Below are positions 37,518 to 47,444 of a stretch of 64,000 nucleotides of DNA, piece by piece. The notes below the pieces were generated by a model. The model was not told the origin of the DNA. It did not search any database and saw only the letters and a list, made by a program, of their open reading frames with translations. Location: assembly GCA_027334715.1 (NCBI GenBank), contig DAHWUG010000001.1, forward strand, positions 15,324 through 79,323. The letters are read 5' to 3'. The position numbers and the translations under genes are program-made. Origin of the DNA: Nanobdellota archaeon (GTDB lineage: Archaea > Nanobdellota > Nanobdellia > Pacearchaeales > GW2011-AR1). Every line of letters begins with the position of its first letter. The stretch's first letter is position 1.

Positions 37518-40500
37518 ATGAAAAAAGAGAAAATGCAGAAAAAAGGGATTTTAACTAGTAAGAAATTTAACACTGCTACAATAATAGGATTATCTTTATT
37601 TTTAACATTGTTTTTTATATCAATAATCTCTGCACAGGGTTCTTATATAAGATCTGCCCCTGCATATACATACGGCTACCAGGCAGGTTCATTTTTTGGA
37701 TTGCAGAATTATCCACAGGTTGATTCAAACATGTGCAACAACAGACAGGATTTTATCCTGCAGGTTGACCCTCTTGGCTGCACGCCAAGCGTTGTAACAA
37801 GTGACCTTCTTGAGCAGCAGAATGTCGCTGTTTTCTGTCCTATTGTTGCAACGCAATTAAATCCGTTGATAAGCGTCAGCGCAATAAACAACATGGTTTT
37901 GGCGAACCCGCCAGGCAGCAGTTTTTCAAATAATATTGCAGGAGTGAATTATTTCCCATCACAAGCAGCACTTGGGCAGTACAATCCATCAATAAGCTCG
38001 CCTTATCTTGGAAATATAGGCTATGCAACAATTATCTTAAGGCAGCAGCCAAATGAGTCGGCAATGCCTGAATTTGTCCAGGGAAATTTGACAGCGCAGA
38101 TAAGTTATAATATAAAGAATGCATGGGGAGTTGGAAGTGCAAGCTATTTCCTTCCCCAACTTTCCGATACTGATTTCAACAAAAATATAAATGCTTACAG
38201 TTTCTGGAATGGAAAAGGATTCATAAGATTGGACAGCGCAGATAACACAAAAGCTGTCATTTCTGTTTATTCAGGAGTTAGCGGAGCTGCAGGTTCAAGC
38301 ACTGCAAAGACAAAAGTTGCAACATTTAATCTTAAAACAGGAGAAACATCTTCTGACATTTACCTTCCGGGATTTGCTTTGTGCATGGGTGGCTTAAAAG
38401 TTCATCTCCAGGATTTGGAAAACCCAGATACAACTGCAAAGCTGATTGTTGATTCAAGCGTAACTGACTTAAGAAAAGGGGATACTTTCCTTGATGGTAG
38501 GTGCACGGTTAAATCAATATCAAAACAGGGAATAAACCAAAATGTCCAGATTTTATGCAATGAAGACCAGCAGGAAAGCAATTTTCTGCTTGGAATAAAT
38601 CCCAAGGTAAACTTAAGTATTAACGGAACAACAAAAACTTACAGCGTTGGCGATTATTTGTTTGATTATCTAAATCCAAAAGACCAGCAGCATTATTCTG
38701 TTTATCTTGGTTTCATAGGAAATAATGGAAAAGCAAATCTTGATTCAGACATTTACATAAGAACTCTTTTAATACCAACAAAAAACGGCGGAACAGAAAC
38801 AAAATTGACCAATGACGAAATTTCATATGTTGCAGGATATGATGAAGCCGTTAAAGGCTCTGATTTAAAGCAAGGAATTTCCGGCCAAATAGTTGATGGT
38901 GGCAAAGCAGTGTTTGCAACAATCAGCCAGATATTAAGGGGGGGTCTTAGTGGAAAATATCTAAGTTATCTTCAATATGGTTCTTCTGATACAAATTTTC
39001 CAACTGATGGGCAAACGAAACTCAGGATAGTGGGTTATGCAGGAGTTTATGACACAGATCTTTCGCAACTTCCAAAACCAACTCAAGATTCTTATAATAG
39101 TGCAATGAGTGATTACCAGACAATAATAAACAATTACGCTGGTGAAACCTATCCATCAGGAAGCTCTGTAACAGAAGGACAACAGGCACTTCAGCAGGCA
39201 ATAGATCTTGCAAATCAATTTGGGCAGAAAAGAACAGTTCTTCAGCTATGCCAACAATATTCACAAAGTTACGGAGCAGATTCAGGCATTCCGCCTATAT
39301 GCAGTGATAATGCACTTCTGTCAAGCACATCTGTTTCAGAGCAAAGCGTCATTATCAACGGGCAATCACACGTAATTTCTTTTTACGGAATAACACAGCC
39401 AACCTTTGACCAATACGGTGTTATTATTTCTGTACAAAATCCTGACGGAACTTATCGCGATCCTGCTGACTTACAAAAAGGAGATGTTCTTTATCTTACA
39501 CAGGAAACAGATTATGCTTATACGACTGGCTCTATTTTTAATGGCAACCGCATTACAGTTTATTACAGATATGATAATACAGCTGGCTGGCAATGGTCTG
39601 TTGATAAATCAGTATGGATGCCTGTAAGAACAGTAATAATTTCAGGAGGAAAAAATCCTGGAGAACTAACATCTTCTGAGCAAATAAGTATGATCAATCA
39701 GCTTAATAAAAATGGTCAAGGAAGTAAAACATTTGATGATGGAAAACAATTGCTGACAGATAGCGGTGCTTCACCACAGACAAATGAGCAATACATTCAG
39801 CTTGCTCACCTTACAGCAGACACGGCAACTTTCAATACTTATCTTGGAACAGGAACATTCACAAGTGCTTTGCCACAGCAAAAAATTAAGCTTGGAGCTG
39901 TGGATACATTTGGAAGCCAGTATACCTTTGCACTGCAAAAAATAAATCTGCAGCAGGTTGCAAAAGTTTCCATAGAGCCTGACATAAATTATGCCCATTC
40001 AAATGCATCATTCAGTTTTAAAATAGGAATTGAGAAAAGAAATATTCAGCTTACTCCAAATGAAACAAAGCAAAGAATAAAGGATTTGAATAATACAATA
40101 AACAAATGGCAAAGCTTGCAGAATTCACTTAATAGTGTAGTCAAAGTAGGAAAAGCTGCATGCATTATTACAGAAGGAACATTGCTTGTTAAGAATTTCA
40201 TTGCAAATTTAGGAGGTGCAGGAGCTGCAAGGCAATTGGCAATGAGAAGTCCGGGGGGATGGGATGACCAATGTCAGAAAGCAGTAACAAGCAATTCCCA
40301 GATTAATGGAAAAGGGCCATTTACAACTGTTGAAAACTGTCTTCAGGCAAATTCACCTGCTGTTGATGCTTCTGTAAATGCATATGACGCAGCTCTTAAA
40401 GCTCAAAATGATAATATACAGACACTAAGCCAAGGATTACCAACTACGACTGTTGCAGGAGAGAAAGTTACTGATAATGCCCAGCTTTTCGATAAAATAT

Positions 40501-43500
40501 CTCCTTCTGTAATAGGAAGCTTGTCAAGCAGTTTGAATGGAGTTTTTCCAGATGGAATACCTACTGGAAACGGAAATCAAAAAATTAACATTAATGATAT
40601 AACAAAACAAATAAATTCAAACACTGCAACGCTTTCACAAATGGAGCAGCTGCAGCTAAATATAGGATTGCTGAATTCAAATGACCAAACTGTTGCATCA
40701 ATTGCAAAGAATCAGGTACAGACAATACTTACCCAGATTAACAGCAACTATCAGGCAACTGCACAGCAGACAGCTGCTAATCAAGCATCACAAAATGATA
40801 TTGATAATGCACATGCAATTGTTTTGGCAGGACCAAATGCCAAAGAGCTGATATACTATGGTTCTACAGCCAAAGATGGAAATAAATTTGGAATTGCAGC
40901 AGGCACACCTGTTGCAGTAATTGTATTTCAAAACCAGCAATATACTCTTGAATTAACTCCTGTAGCAGGAAGCGGGAATACCTATGCAATAAAAAATGTT
41001 TATGATGACAGCACAGGAAATAATTTAGACCATGAAAATGCAATTTATGCAGAAATAATAAAAACAATTTCTGACTTTAAAGCTTACACTACAGACTCTT
41101 ACAAAAATCAGTATCTTAACCCAACTCTTCAATATTATGAAACAGGGCAGTATGCAGGATTGCCTGCAATTGTTCCATTTGATCTGCAAAATGGCTGGTA
41201 TGCTGTTATAAAATCAAATCTTCCAATTTTAGGAGGGCTGACTTCTTATGATGCATCTGGAAGAGTTTCTGCCTTTTATGTGTGCAATGTTGGCCCAAAT
41301 GGGAGGGAAGAAGACATGGGAGGGGATGACATATGCGGACAATTTGTTCCAGGAACAAATCAGCCACCTGTCTTTACAGGGCTTGATTCTTCACAATCAT
41401 TAGAATTAATGAATAAAGCTACAGATGCAATTAAGCAAGCATCTTCTATTAAACAAAAAACAGGAATTGTACTTATTAATGGGCAAAAAATCCCTATTGG
41501 GCAACCATCAACAGGCACGCCTGTAATACAATGCGAGGATTTCATGTCTCCCAGCGATTGCAATATCTTATTCAATGTATGTGATCCTTTTGTATGCCCT
41601 TCAAGCAGATGCAATCTCGGGGGAGCTTACCCTGTTCAGGATGTTATCCAGTCCGGAATTATAGGAAGCCTTGCACTTTGTTATCCAAATTTTCCGCAGG
41701 TAAAAATACCAATATGCATTTCAGGGGTAAATGCAGGATTGCAGGGTTATATCAGCGTTCTTAAATCATACCAGCAGTGTCTGCAAACAAGCCTTAATAC
41801 AGGGCAGCAGGTTGGTATTTGTAGTGAAGTAAATAGCATTTACCAATGCCAGTTTTTCTGGAAGCAGGGAATACCTATAATAAATTATGCCCTTCCAAAA
41901 ATAGCTGGAAGCGTTTTAGGACAGAATTCTGGAACAGGCGGAGGGGAGTATTTAGCAGGCACAGATGCTGTTACAAATGCACAAAAATCAATTGATTATT
42001 TTAGCCAGTTTTATGCTGCAAATTCGTACAAAGCATTCCAGGAAAGGTCAACAGAGGGTGTAGGAGATGCTGTCTGCAAAAACTTTATCTCATTGACAAC
42101 GCCAAATGGAGGAGACTTATTTAATACATTAATAACTCCCGATTCACCTGTGCAATTTTACGGGCAGTTTGATGAAGCTCCTTACACAACTGCAACAAAT
42201 CCCCCAACGTCTCAGTATAATGTATTTTACCACATTTATGCGGGAACAGATTTCCCAGCTTATTATCAAGTTTATCTGAAAGGCTCTCAGAGCTCATTTT
42301 ACCAGGATACATCTGTAAGCAGGGTTGTTGCAACAGGTGTTGTTCCTATAGGACAGTTTACAACAAACACGAGTGTTTTCACAGCCCCATCTGGATATCA
42401 GCAATTATGCATTGTTGTCAACGGACAGGAGCAATGCGGATTCAAACAGGTAACAACTGAATTTGGAGTAAATTACCTGCAGCAGCAGTATTTATCTTCA
42501 CAGGCAAAACAGACAAACATAACTTCTGAGGCAAATTGTGTTTCTGGAACTCCAAGCGTTTACAATTTATTGAATCCAAATGTGCAAGCAGGTGTTACAA
42601 ATACAATAAATCCTGCAATTTACAATCAGGGAATAATAAGAATATGCTCTACAAATAGCCCAGGTCAGGGAACAGATGCAAACTGGAATACTCAAAATGC
42701 ACGATGGCAAAAAGTTGGCTATTGTGATACACCAAATATTGGGTGTTGGCTTGATACACAAAGCGTCACTAATGTTATAAAAGACACAAACATTGCAAAT
42801 TCAACTTTGCGGGCAACAAGCTCACAATTTGTCCAGCAATTGCAATCACAAAATGGATTCTTTGATGACCCCGGGTTTGCTTCATACATATCTTCCTTAA
42901 ATACATTGAAAGATCAAAAACAAAATCTTCAGATAATAAGCTCAATAACACAAAATCTCTCAAAAGCTTCTCTAAGCAATCAGAAAGCAGAGCTTTATTT
43001 AATAAGAGGAAATGCATATACTTCTGTTGCAATCCAGGGATTTGATGCTGCTTCAGCTGGTTCAAAATCCTTGTGTGTTACATGTCTTCAGGCAGGAAAT
43101 GATTGGTGCGGAAGTTCTTCATCAGCACAATGTGTTCCTTCTGGAACATGCAAAATAAGTGATACAATAAAAGCTGCTTATGGTTATTCTGGAATAAGCC
43201 TTTCTAATGCAACAGACAGATGCTCTGTTTTCACCAATGGAATAAAAACATCATCAGGCACTGCAGCAAACGGAGGTTCATGCACTGTAAACTCTGATTG
43301 CCAGTCAAACTATTGCGATACTGCTAATGGTATTTGCACTGATTCTTCAACAATCATTGGTTCTACAGGAAATAAAAATCCAACTGGTGTAATAAATACA
43401 CAAACGCAACAAATTTTTGGAGCTAGTTATCCTATTTTTGAGTTTCACACTGCCAGAATTTATGATATTATAACTTCTTCAGATTTATTATATACATTCT

Positions 43501-44675
43501 ACCAAAATAATTGGTATTGGTGCATAATGTCTAGTGGTTGTCCAATTACTTCTGGAACACCTATACCGGACAACACTTACTGGAAACTTGCCGGAAATCC
43601 AGGAACTTCTGTATCATTAAGTGATAATAATCTTAATTTCTTAACATCTCTTGGAACTGTTCATACTTATTCAGGCGGATTAGCATTATTAATACAAAGA
43701 ACAATTACAAATCAGGAAGGAGGTGGACTTAAACCATTTGGGTTTACAATATTAAGCTCTGATGATAAATTGTCCACAAGTAATGTTGACTATACCCCTG
43801 ATGGAATTTTTACAATTCATACTCCTAATAAATATGATTTTTATCTTATTCATGCTCAAAGCACATGGCAGTGGAATACTTATTCTGGGCAGCCACTTGA
43901 TTCTTGGCCTTATGTTACATCTACTTCATCTAATGGACAAAATCCAACTACTGCTGATTTAAGTTTAATACAAAGTTTAGTGGGGCTAAATGGACTTAGT
44001 GGAGCTCAAATAATCTTTGGGGGCAGTGCAATTTCATCTTCAAATTCAGGAACAGGAAATGCAATAGGCACATGTTCCAGCCAGACAAGCTGCCAGCAAT
44101 TATTGGGAAATGAAATAATAAGATTGGCACAGCAAGTGAAACAGGAGAATAAAAATATTGTTGATTCAAATATTCAAGCACAGACAGGAGCAAAATCATT
44201 TGAATGCCTTGCATTACAAATTGCCATGGTTGAAAGCACTATCCAACAATGTAACCCTCTCCAGCAGAATAACAATCCGTTATATTGTGAAGGAACTCCT
44301 GATGAAGTATATGCTAACACAAATAATGGGGAAAGTAGTTTTGGAATTATGCAAATAAATACAGCTGGTCAGTATAGTCATTGTGGAGACTCATGGAAAG
44401 ATGGGACCTCATTGTCTTCTGATTTAACCCAGTGCAAAATTCAGCTTTCAAATCTTGATACAGATATAAAAGAAGGATTAAACATTTTAGTTAGTGGGTC
44501 TAATGGCGGTCCAAAAACATTTAGCTGTCAAGGAGCACAAGATCAAACATACAGCGGGTGGACATATGCAATAAGAAATTACAATGGCTGGGGATGTCAG
44601 AATCCAGGTTATGTAGACAAAGTTATTAATGACAAACAATTAGTTGCTAACCTTTTCCCCTCTGTTTGCGGTTGA
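37518..44675 (+). CDS. Giant (2385 aa) exported Cys-rich protein with C-terminal lysozyme/lytic transglycosylase-like domain
   Basis: N-terminal signal/TM; C-terminal AMVES, FGIMQIN and AIRNYNG..YVDKV motifs. Confidence 0.75.
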   Translation: MKKEKMQKKGILTSKKFNTATIIGLSLFLTLFFISIISAQGSYIRSAPAYTYGYQAGSFFGLQNYPQVDSNMCNNRQDFILQVDPLGCTPSVVTSDLLEQQNVAVFCPIVATQLNPLISVSAINNMVLANPPGSSFSNNIAGVNYFPSQAALGQYNPSISSPYLGNIGYATIILRQQPNESAMPEFVQGNLTAQISYNIKNAWGVGSASYFLPQLSDTDFNKNINAYSFWNGKGFIRLDSADNTKAVISVYSGVSGAAGSSTAKTKVATFNLKTGETSSDIYLPGFALCMGGLKVHLQDLENPDTTAKLIVDSSVTDLRKGDTFLDGRCTVKSISKQGINQNVQILCNEDQQESNFLLGINPKVNLSINGTTKTYSVGDYLFDYLNPKDQQHYSVYLGFIGNNGKANLDSDIYIRTLLIPTKNGGTETKLTNDEISYVAGYDEAVKGSDLKQGISGQIVDGGKAVFATISQILRGGLSGKYLSYLQYGSSDTNFPTDGQTKLRIVGYAGVYDTDLSQLPKPTQDSYNSAMSDYQTIINNYAGETYPSGSSVTEGQQALQQAIDLANQFGQKRTVLQLCQQYSQSYGADSGIPPICSDNALLSSTSVSEQSVIINGQSHVISFYGITQPTFDQYGVIISVQNPDGTYRDPADLQKGDVLYLTQETDYAYTTGSIFNGNRITVYYRYDNTAGWQWSVDKSVWMPVRTVIISGGKNPGELTSSEQISMINQLNKNGQGSKTFDDGKQLLTDSGASPQTNEQYIQLAHLTADTATFNTYLGTGTFTSALPQQKIKLGAVDTFGSQYTFALQKINLQQVAKVSIEPDINYAHSNASFSFKIGIEKRNIQLTPNETKQRIKDLNNTINKWQSLQNSLNSVVKVGKAACIITEGTLLVKNFIANLGGAGAARQLAMRSPGGWDDQCQKAVTSNSQINGKGPFTTVENCLQANSPAVDASVNAYDAALKAQNDNIQTLSQGLPTTTVAGEKVTDNAQLFDKISPSVIGSLSSSLNGVFPDGIPTGNGNQKININDITKQINSNTATLSQMEQLQLNIGLLNSNDQTVASIAKNQVQTILTQINSNYQATAQQTAANQASQNDIDNAHAIVLAGPNAKELIYYGSTAKDGNKFGIAAGTPVAVIVFQNQQYTLELTPVAGSGNTYAIKNVYDDSTGNNLDHENAIYAEIIKTISDFKAYTTDSYKNQYLNPTLQYYETGQYAGLPAIVPFDLQNGWYAVIKSNLPILGGLTSYDASGRVSAFYVCNVGPNGREEDMGGDDICGQFVPGTNQPPVFTGLDSSQSLELMNKATDAIKQASSIKQKTGIVLINGQKIPIGQPSTGTPVIQCEDFMSPSDCNILFNVCDPFVCPSSRCNLGGAYPVQDVIQSGIIGSLALCYPNFPQVKIPICISGVNAGLQGYISVLKSYQQCLQTSLNTGQQVGICSEVNSIYQCQFFWKQGIPIINYALPKIAGSVLGQNSGTGGGEYLAGTDAVTNAQKSIDYFSQFYAANSYKAFQERSTEGVGDAVCKNFISLTTPNGGDLFNTLITPDSPVQFYGQFDEAPYTTATNPPTSQYNVFYHIYAGTDFPAYYQVYLKGSQSSFYQDTSVSRVVATGVVPIGQFTTNTSVFTAPSGYQQLCIVVNGQEQCGFKQVTTEFGVNYLQQQYLSSQAKQTNITSEANCVSGTPSVYNLLNPNVQAGVTNTINPAIYNQGIIRICSTNSPGQGTDANWNTQNARWQKVGYCDTPNIGCWLDTQSVTNVIKDTNIANSTLRATSSQFVQQLQSQNGFFDDPGFASYISSLNTLKDQKQNLQIISSITQNLSKASLSNQKAELYLIRGNAYTSVAIQGFDAASAGSKSLCVTCLQAGNDWCGSSSSAQCVPSGTCKISDTIKAAYGYSGISLSNATDRCSVFTNGIKTSSGTAANGGSCTVNSDCQSNYCDTANGICTDSSTIIGSTGNKNPTGVINTQTQQIFGASYPIFEFHTARIYDIITSSDLLYTFYQNNWYWCIMSSGCPITSGTPIPDNTYWKLAGNPGTSVSLSDNNLNFLTSLGTVHTYSGGLALLIQRTITNQEGGGLKPFGFTILSSDDKLSTSNVDYTPDGIFTIHTPNKYDFYLIHAQSTWQWNTYSGQPLDSWPYVTSTSSNGQNPTTADLSLIQSLVGLNGLSGAQIIFGGSAISSSNSGTGNAIGTCSSQTSCQQLLGNEIIRLAQQVKQENKNIVDSNIQAQTGAKSFECLALQIAMVESTIQQCNPLQQNNNPLYCEGTPDEVYANTNNGESSFGIMQINTAGQYSHCGDSWKDGTSLSSDLTQCKIQLSNLDTDIKEGLNILVSGSNGGPKTFSCQGAQDQTYSGWTYAIRNYNGWGCQNPGYVDKVINDKQLVANLFPSVCG

Positions 44676-44711
44676 TTGATTATGATTCTAAAGCTTTTTA
44701 TAGAGATAAAA

Positions 44712-44795
44712 TGCGGGAGATAGGATTCGAACCTATGCAAGCACTAAGCTAATGGGTCCTAGGCCCACTCCGTTTGACCACTCCGGCACTCCCGC
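44712..44795 (-). tRNA. tRNA-Leu(TAG)
   Basis: GCGGGAG/CTCCCGC acceptor stem; GTGGG-CCTAGGA-CCCAT anticodon arm; long variable arm. Confidence 0.93.
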
Positions 44796-45449
44796 ATTAA
44801 ATAAGTTTGCATATTGTGGTTTAAAAGTTATTCCATAATACTCTTTTCTATACTTTTTATGAACCCATTTATCTTTTAAAATAGGAACTTTAAGGCTATT
44901 AAAAATTGAATCTAAATCCTTCCACATTTGTTTGCTTGCAGTTGATAACCCATAACCCCTCCTTCTTTTTCCCCCCTCTGTCGCTAATAATCCCTTAAGG
45001 AAGGCTATTTTAATCTCTTTGTTTGAGTTTAAAATACATTTTGGAATTTTTACTACATCACTCTTCTTCCCTGAAGGAATCCCAAAAACATTTTTTAATA
45101 AATTATAAATTGCTTTACTATCAATGCACATGTGATATGTTTGCTGTTTACCTTCTCTTAATTTTACTTTTGTGACATTAAATTTTCTGTTAAATAGACT
45201 AACACATAATTTTGATATATGCTTTATCAGATTCCAATTTGTTAATTCTATTGTTGTTTGAGTCTTACTTTTTTTTAGATGACCATCCCCTATAATACAC
45301 CCGACAAAAAATGCTAACTCATCATTGATATACAAAGGAATTTTTGTTAGTTTTGAAGGACCGTATTTTGCTTTAACAAAGATTTTTTTATTATTTCTTG
45401 AAATTACATTTAATCCATTTTGAGAATTAATTACATCTTTTTTGTACAT
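44733..45449 (-). mobile_element. Free-standing two-motif LAGLIDADG homing endonuclease gene overlapping tRNA-Leu
   Basis: LAFFVGCIIGDGHL and IAFLKGLLATEGG motifs; GIPSGKKS..VKIP..I; no intein splice motifs; the last 20 codons and the stop are tRNA sequence. Confidence 0.82.
44819..44828 (-). promoter_or_regulatory. Putative TATA box for tRNA-Leu, inside the endonuclease ORF
   Basis: CTTTTAAA on the minus strand about 25 nt upstream of the tRNA 5' end, same geometry as the box before tRNA-Arg(TCT). Confidence 0.5.
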
Positions 45450-45537
45450 CGGAGTTTAAGGAGACTAAACTTAATAAATGTTTCGTTGCCTGTCCTATTT
45501 ATTAGATAAAAATTAAGGAAATAAAAAAATCCAAGAA

Positions 45538-46473
45538 TTACTTTGCCTTTACCCTTATTTCATTCTCTTTCTGCTTTATCTTTTCCTCCAGGTCAAGTTT
45601 TTCTATGAGTTCCTTGTAACGGTTTCTTATTGTGACCTCTGTTATTCCTGCAATGTCTGCAACTTCCCTCTGTGTCTTTTTTTCATCATTGATTAATGCA
45701 GCAACGTAAAGAGCTGCTGCTGCAATTCCTGCAGGGCCCCTTCCTGATGTCAATTCAACATCTTCTGCACGTTTTAAGACCTTGAGCGCGTCATTCTGCG
45801 TTTTTGGAGAAAGTTTTAGAACAGAAGAGAAACGGGAAATGTAATCTTTTGGAGAGCTCTGGTTTACCTTTATTCCAAGCTTTCTTATAATAAATCTGTA
45901 TGTTCTTCCTATTTCCTTTCTTTCCACATCAGAAGCTGTTGCCATTTCATCCAGGGTTCTTGGAATATTGTAGCTTCTACATGCTGCATAAAGGCAGGCT
46001 GCAATCACAGATTCCATGCTTCTTCCACGTACAAGACCTCTCTGAAGAACATAATTGTAAATTCTTGCTGCATCATCTCTTATTACATTTGGCAGATTCA
46101 AATATGAAGAAATAACCCTTAATTCAGCCATTGCAAGCCTTAGATTTCTTTCAATGCTTGTTGAAACGCGCTCCTGCCATTTTTTTAGCCTTAAGAATTT
46201 TCTTGTCTGCTTTGGCTCAAGCCTGTATATGTCTGATATTTCTCCAACATTTGTCGTAAGTCCTCTGTCAAATTTCTGGATGCTTGTTGGAGCTCCGCCA
46301 CGGCCTTTTTTCTCGCTTTTGTCAAACTTTCCCTGCAAATCAATGCCAGTATCAACCATTTTTTCCTCGACGACAAGACCACAGTCATTGCAGATAACTT
46401 CACCCAAATGAGAATCATATGTAAGGTTAATACTTCCGCATTCAGGGCATTTTCTTATAGAAGATGATGGCAT
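45538..46473 (-). CDS. tfb: Transcription initiation factor IIB
   Basis: CPECGS..C.DCG Zn ribbon, ERNL..A, LVRGRS, TQREVA..EVTIRNRY. Confidence 0.96.
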   Translation of the reverse strand: MPSSSIRKCPECGSINLTYDSHLGEVICNDCGLVVEEKMVDTGIDLQGKFDKSEKKGRGGAPTSIQKFDRGLTTNVGEISDIYRLEPKQTRKFLRLKKWQERVSTSIERNLRLAMAELRVISSYLNLPNVIRDDAARIYNYVLQRGLVRGRSMESVIAACLYAACRSYNIPRTLDEMATASDVERKEIGRTYRFIIRKLGIKVNQSSPKDYISRFSSVLKLSPKTQNDALKVLKRAEDVELTSGRGPAGIAAAALYVAALINDEKKTQREVADIAGITEVTIRNRYKELIEKLDLEEKIKQKENEIRVKAK

Positions 46474-46500
46474 TTTGGTTGATTTTGGTTGATTTTAGTT
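46472..46500. repeat. 10-bp tandem repeat (about 3 copies) at the tfb start
   Basis: attttggttg attttggttg attttagtt. Confidence 0.7.
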
Positions 46501-46605
46501 TAATAGAACATGCTACTATTATGACAAATATTTTTAAATGTTTCGGTTATATAAACCTTTCGGTTTCCTCCGACGACACTTTCTTATTTTTTTAAGAATT
46601 ATTGC

Positions 46606-46965
46606 TTATGAAATCAAAATACCGTTAACCATTCCTTCCTGTGAAGGGCGATTGGTTATCCTGACTTTTCCCTTGTCTGTCTGGACTACGTTTCCCTTGC
46701 TTAATATATTCTGCCTTGCCAAGAACCTGTTTGAAGGAGTTTCGAGAACATTTTTTATCTCAAGCTTTTCTGTCTTTTTACCAATTTTTACATTAATCAT
46801 GTTTCCTTTCAGCAGGAATGTTTTTACATTTCCGCCAAGGACTTTTTGAGTCTTTCTTTTTTCTGTTCCAAGCTTGACATCCCTTTTTTGGCCTTTCAGC
46901 TCATAAAGCTTTTTCTTTCTGCTTTTCTTGTATTTTCCGCCAGATATTTTTCTTCCGTGCTTCAT
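46606..46965 (-). CDS. rps8e: Ribosomal protein eS8
   Basis: GRKISGG..RKKK.YE, VLGGNVK, ITNRPSQEGMVNG. Confidence 0.93.
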   Translation of the reverse strand: MKHGRKISGGKYKKSRKKKLYELKGQKRDVKLGTEKRKTQKVLGGNVKTFLLKGNMINVKIGKKTEKLEIKNVLETPSNRFLARQNILSKGNVVQTDKGKVRITNRPSQEGMVNGILIS

Positions 46966-47086
46966 ATGAGAAAATCAGATTTTTCGTTTAAATATGTTTC
47001 TGTCACCTAATTATTTCGTCGATTAAGCTTCAGCATGAAAAAGATTTCAACGAAATATTTATAAACAATTTTTAAGAAGATAATCT

Positions 47087-47338
47087 ATGGTTAACGGAAT
47101 TGAAAGACCTTTGGATTTGCTTAATAACTCCAAGGGGAAAGAAGTGTTAGTCCATTTGAAAGGAGATAAACAGTTTGTTGGGACATTGTTAGCTTTTGAT
47201 ATACACATCAATTTAGTCCTTGACAACATAAAAGAAATGGAGAACAATGAGATAAAAAGGAATCTCGGTTTGACATTTCTTAGGGGAGATACGATAATCT
47301 TCATTTCTCCTGCTTCTACTGCTTTAAAAAAAGAATAG
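47087..47338 (+). CDS. Sm-like (Lsm/SmAP) protein
   Basis: RPLDLL..GTLLAFDIHINLVL..FLRGDTIIFISP. Confidence 0.93.
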   Translation: MVNGIERPLDLLNNSKGKEVLVHLKGDKQFVGTLLAFDIHINLVLDNIKEMENNEIKRNLGLTFLRGDTIIFISPASTALKKE

Positions 47339-47444
47339 GCGTTTTTGATTTAATTTTCGCAAATTACATTGCGGATTAAACTTAGCCACTGCCCTATGAA
47401 TTATTTTTAGTTACTTTTATTAATTGTACTTGCCTACCAAGAGA

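Noticed and set aside
44733..45449. Intein or tRNA/rRNA intron-encoded endonuclease
   Set aside because: No host extein and no C/S...HN splice motifs; the tRNA-Leu is uninterrupted
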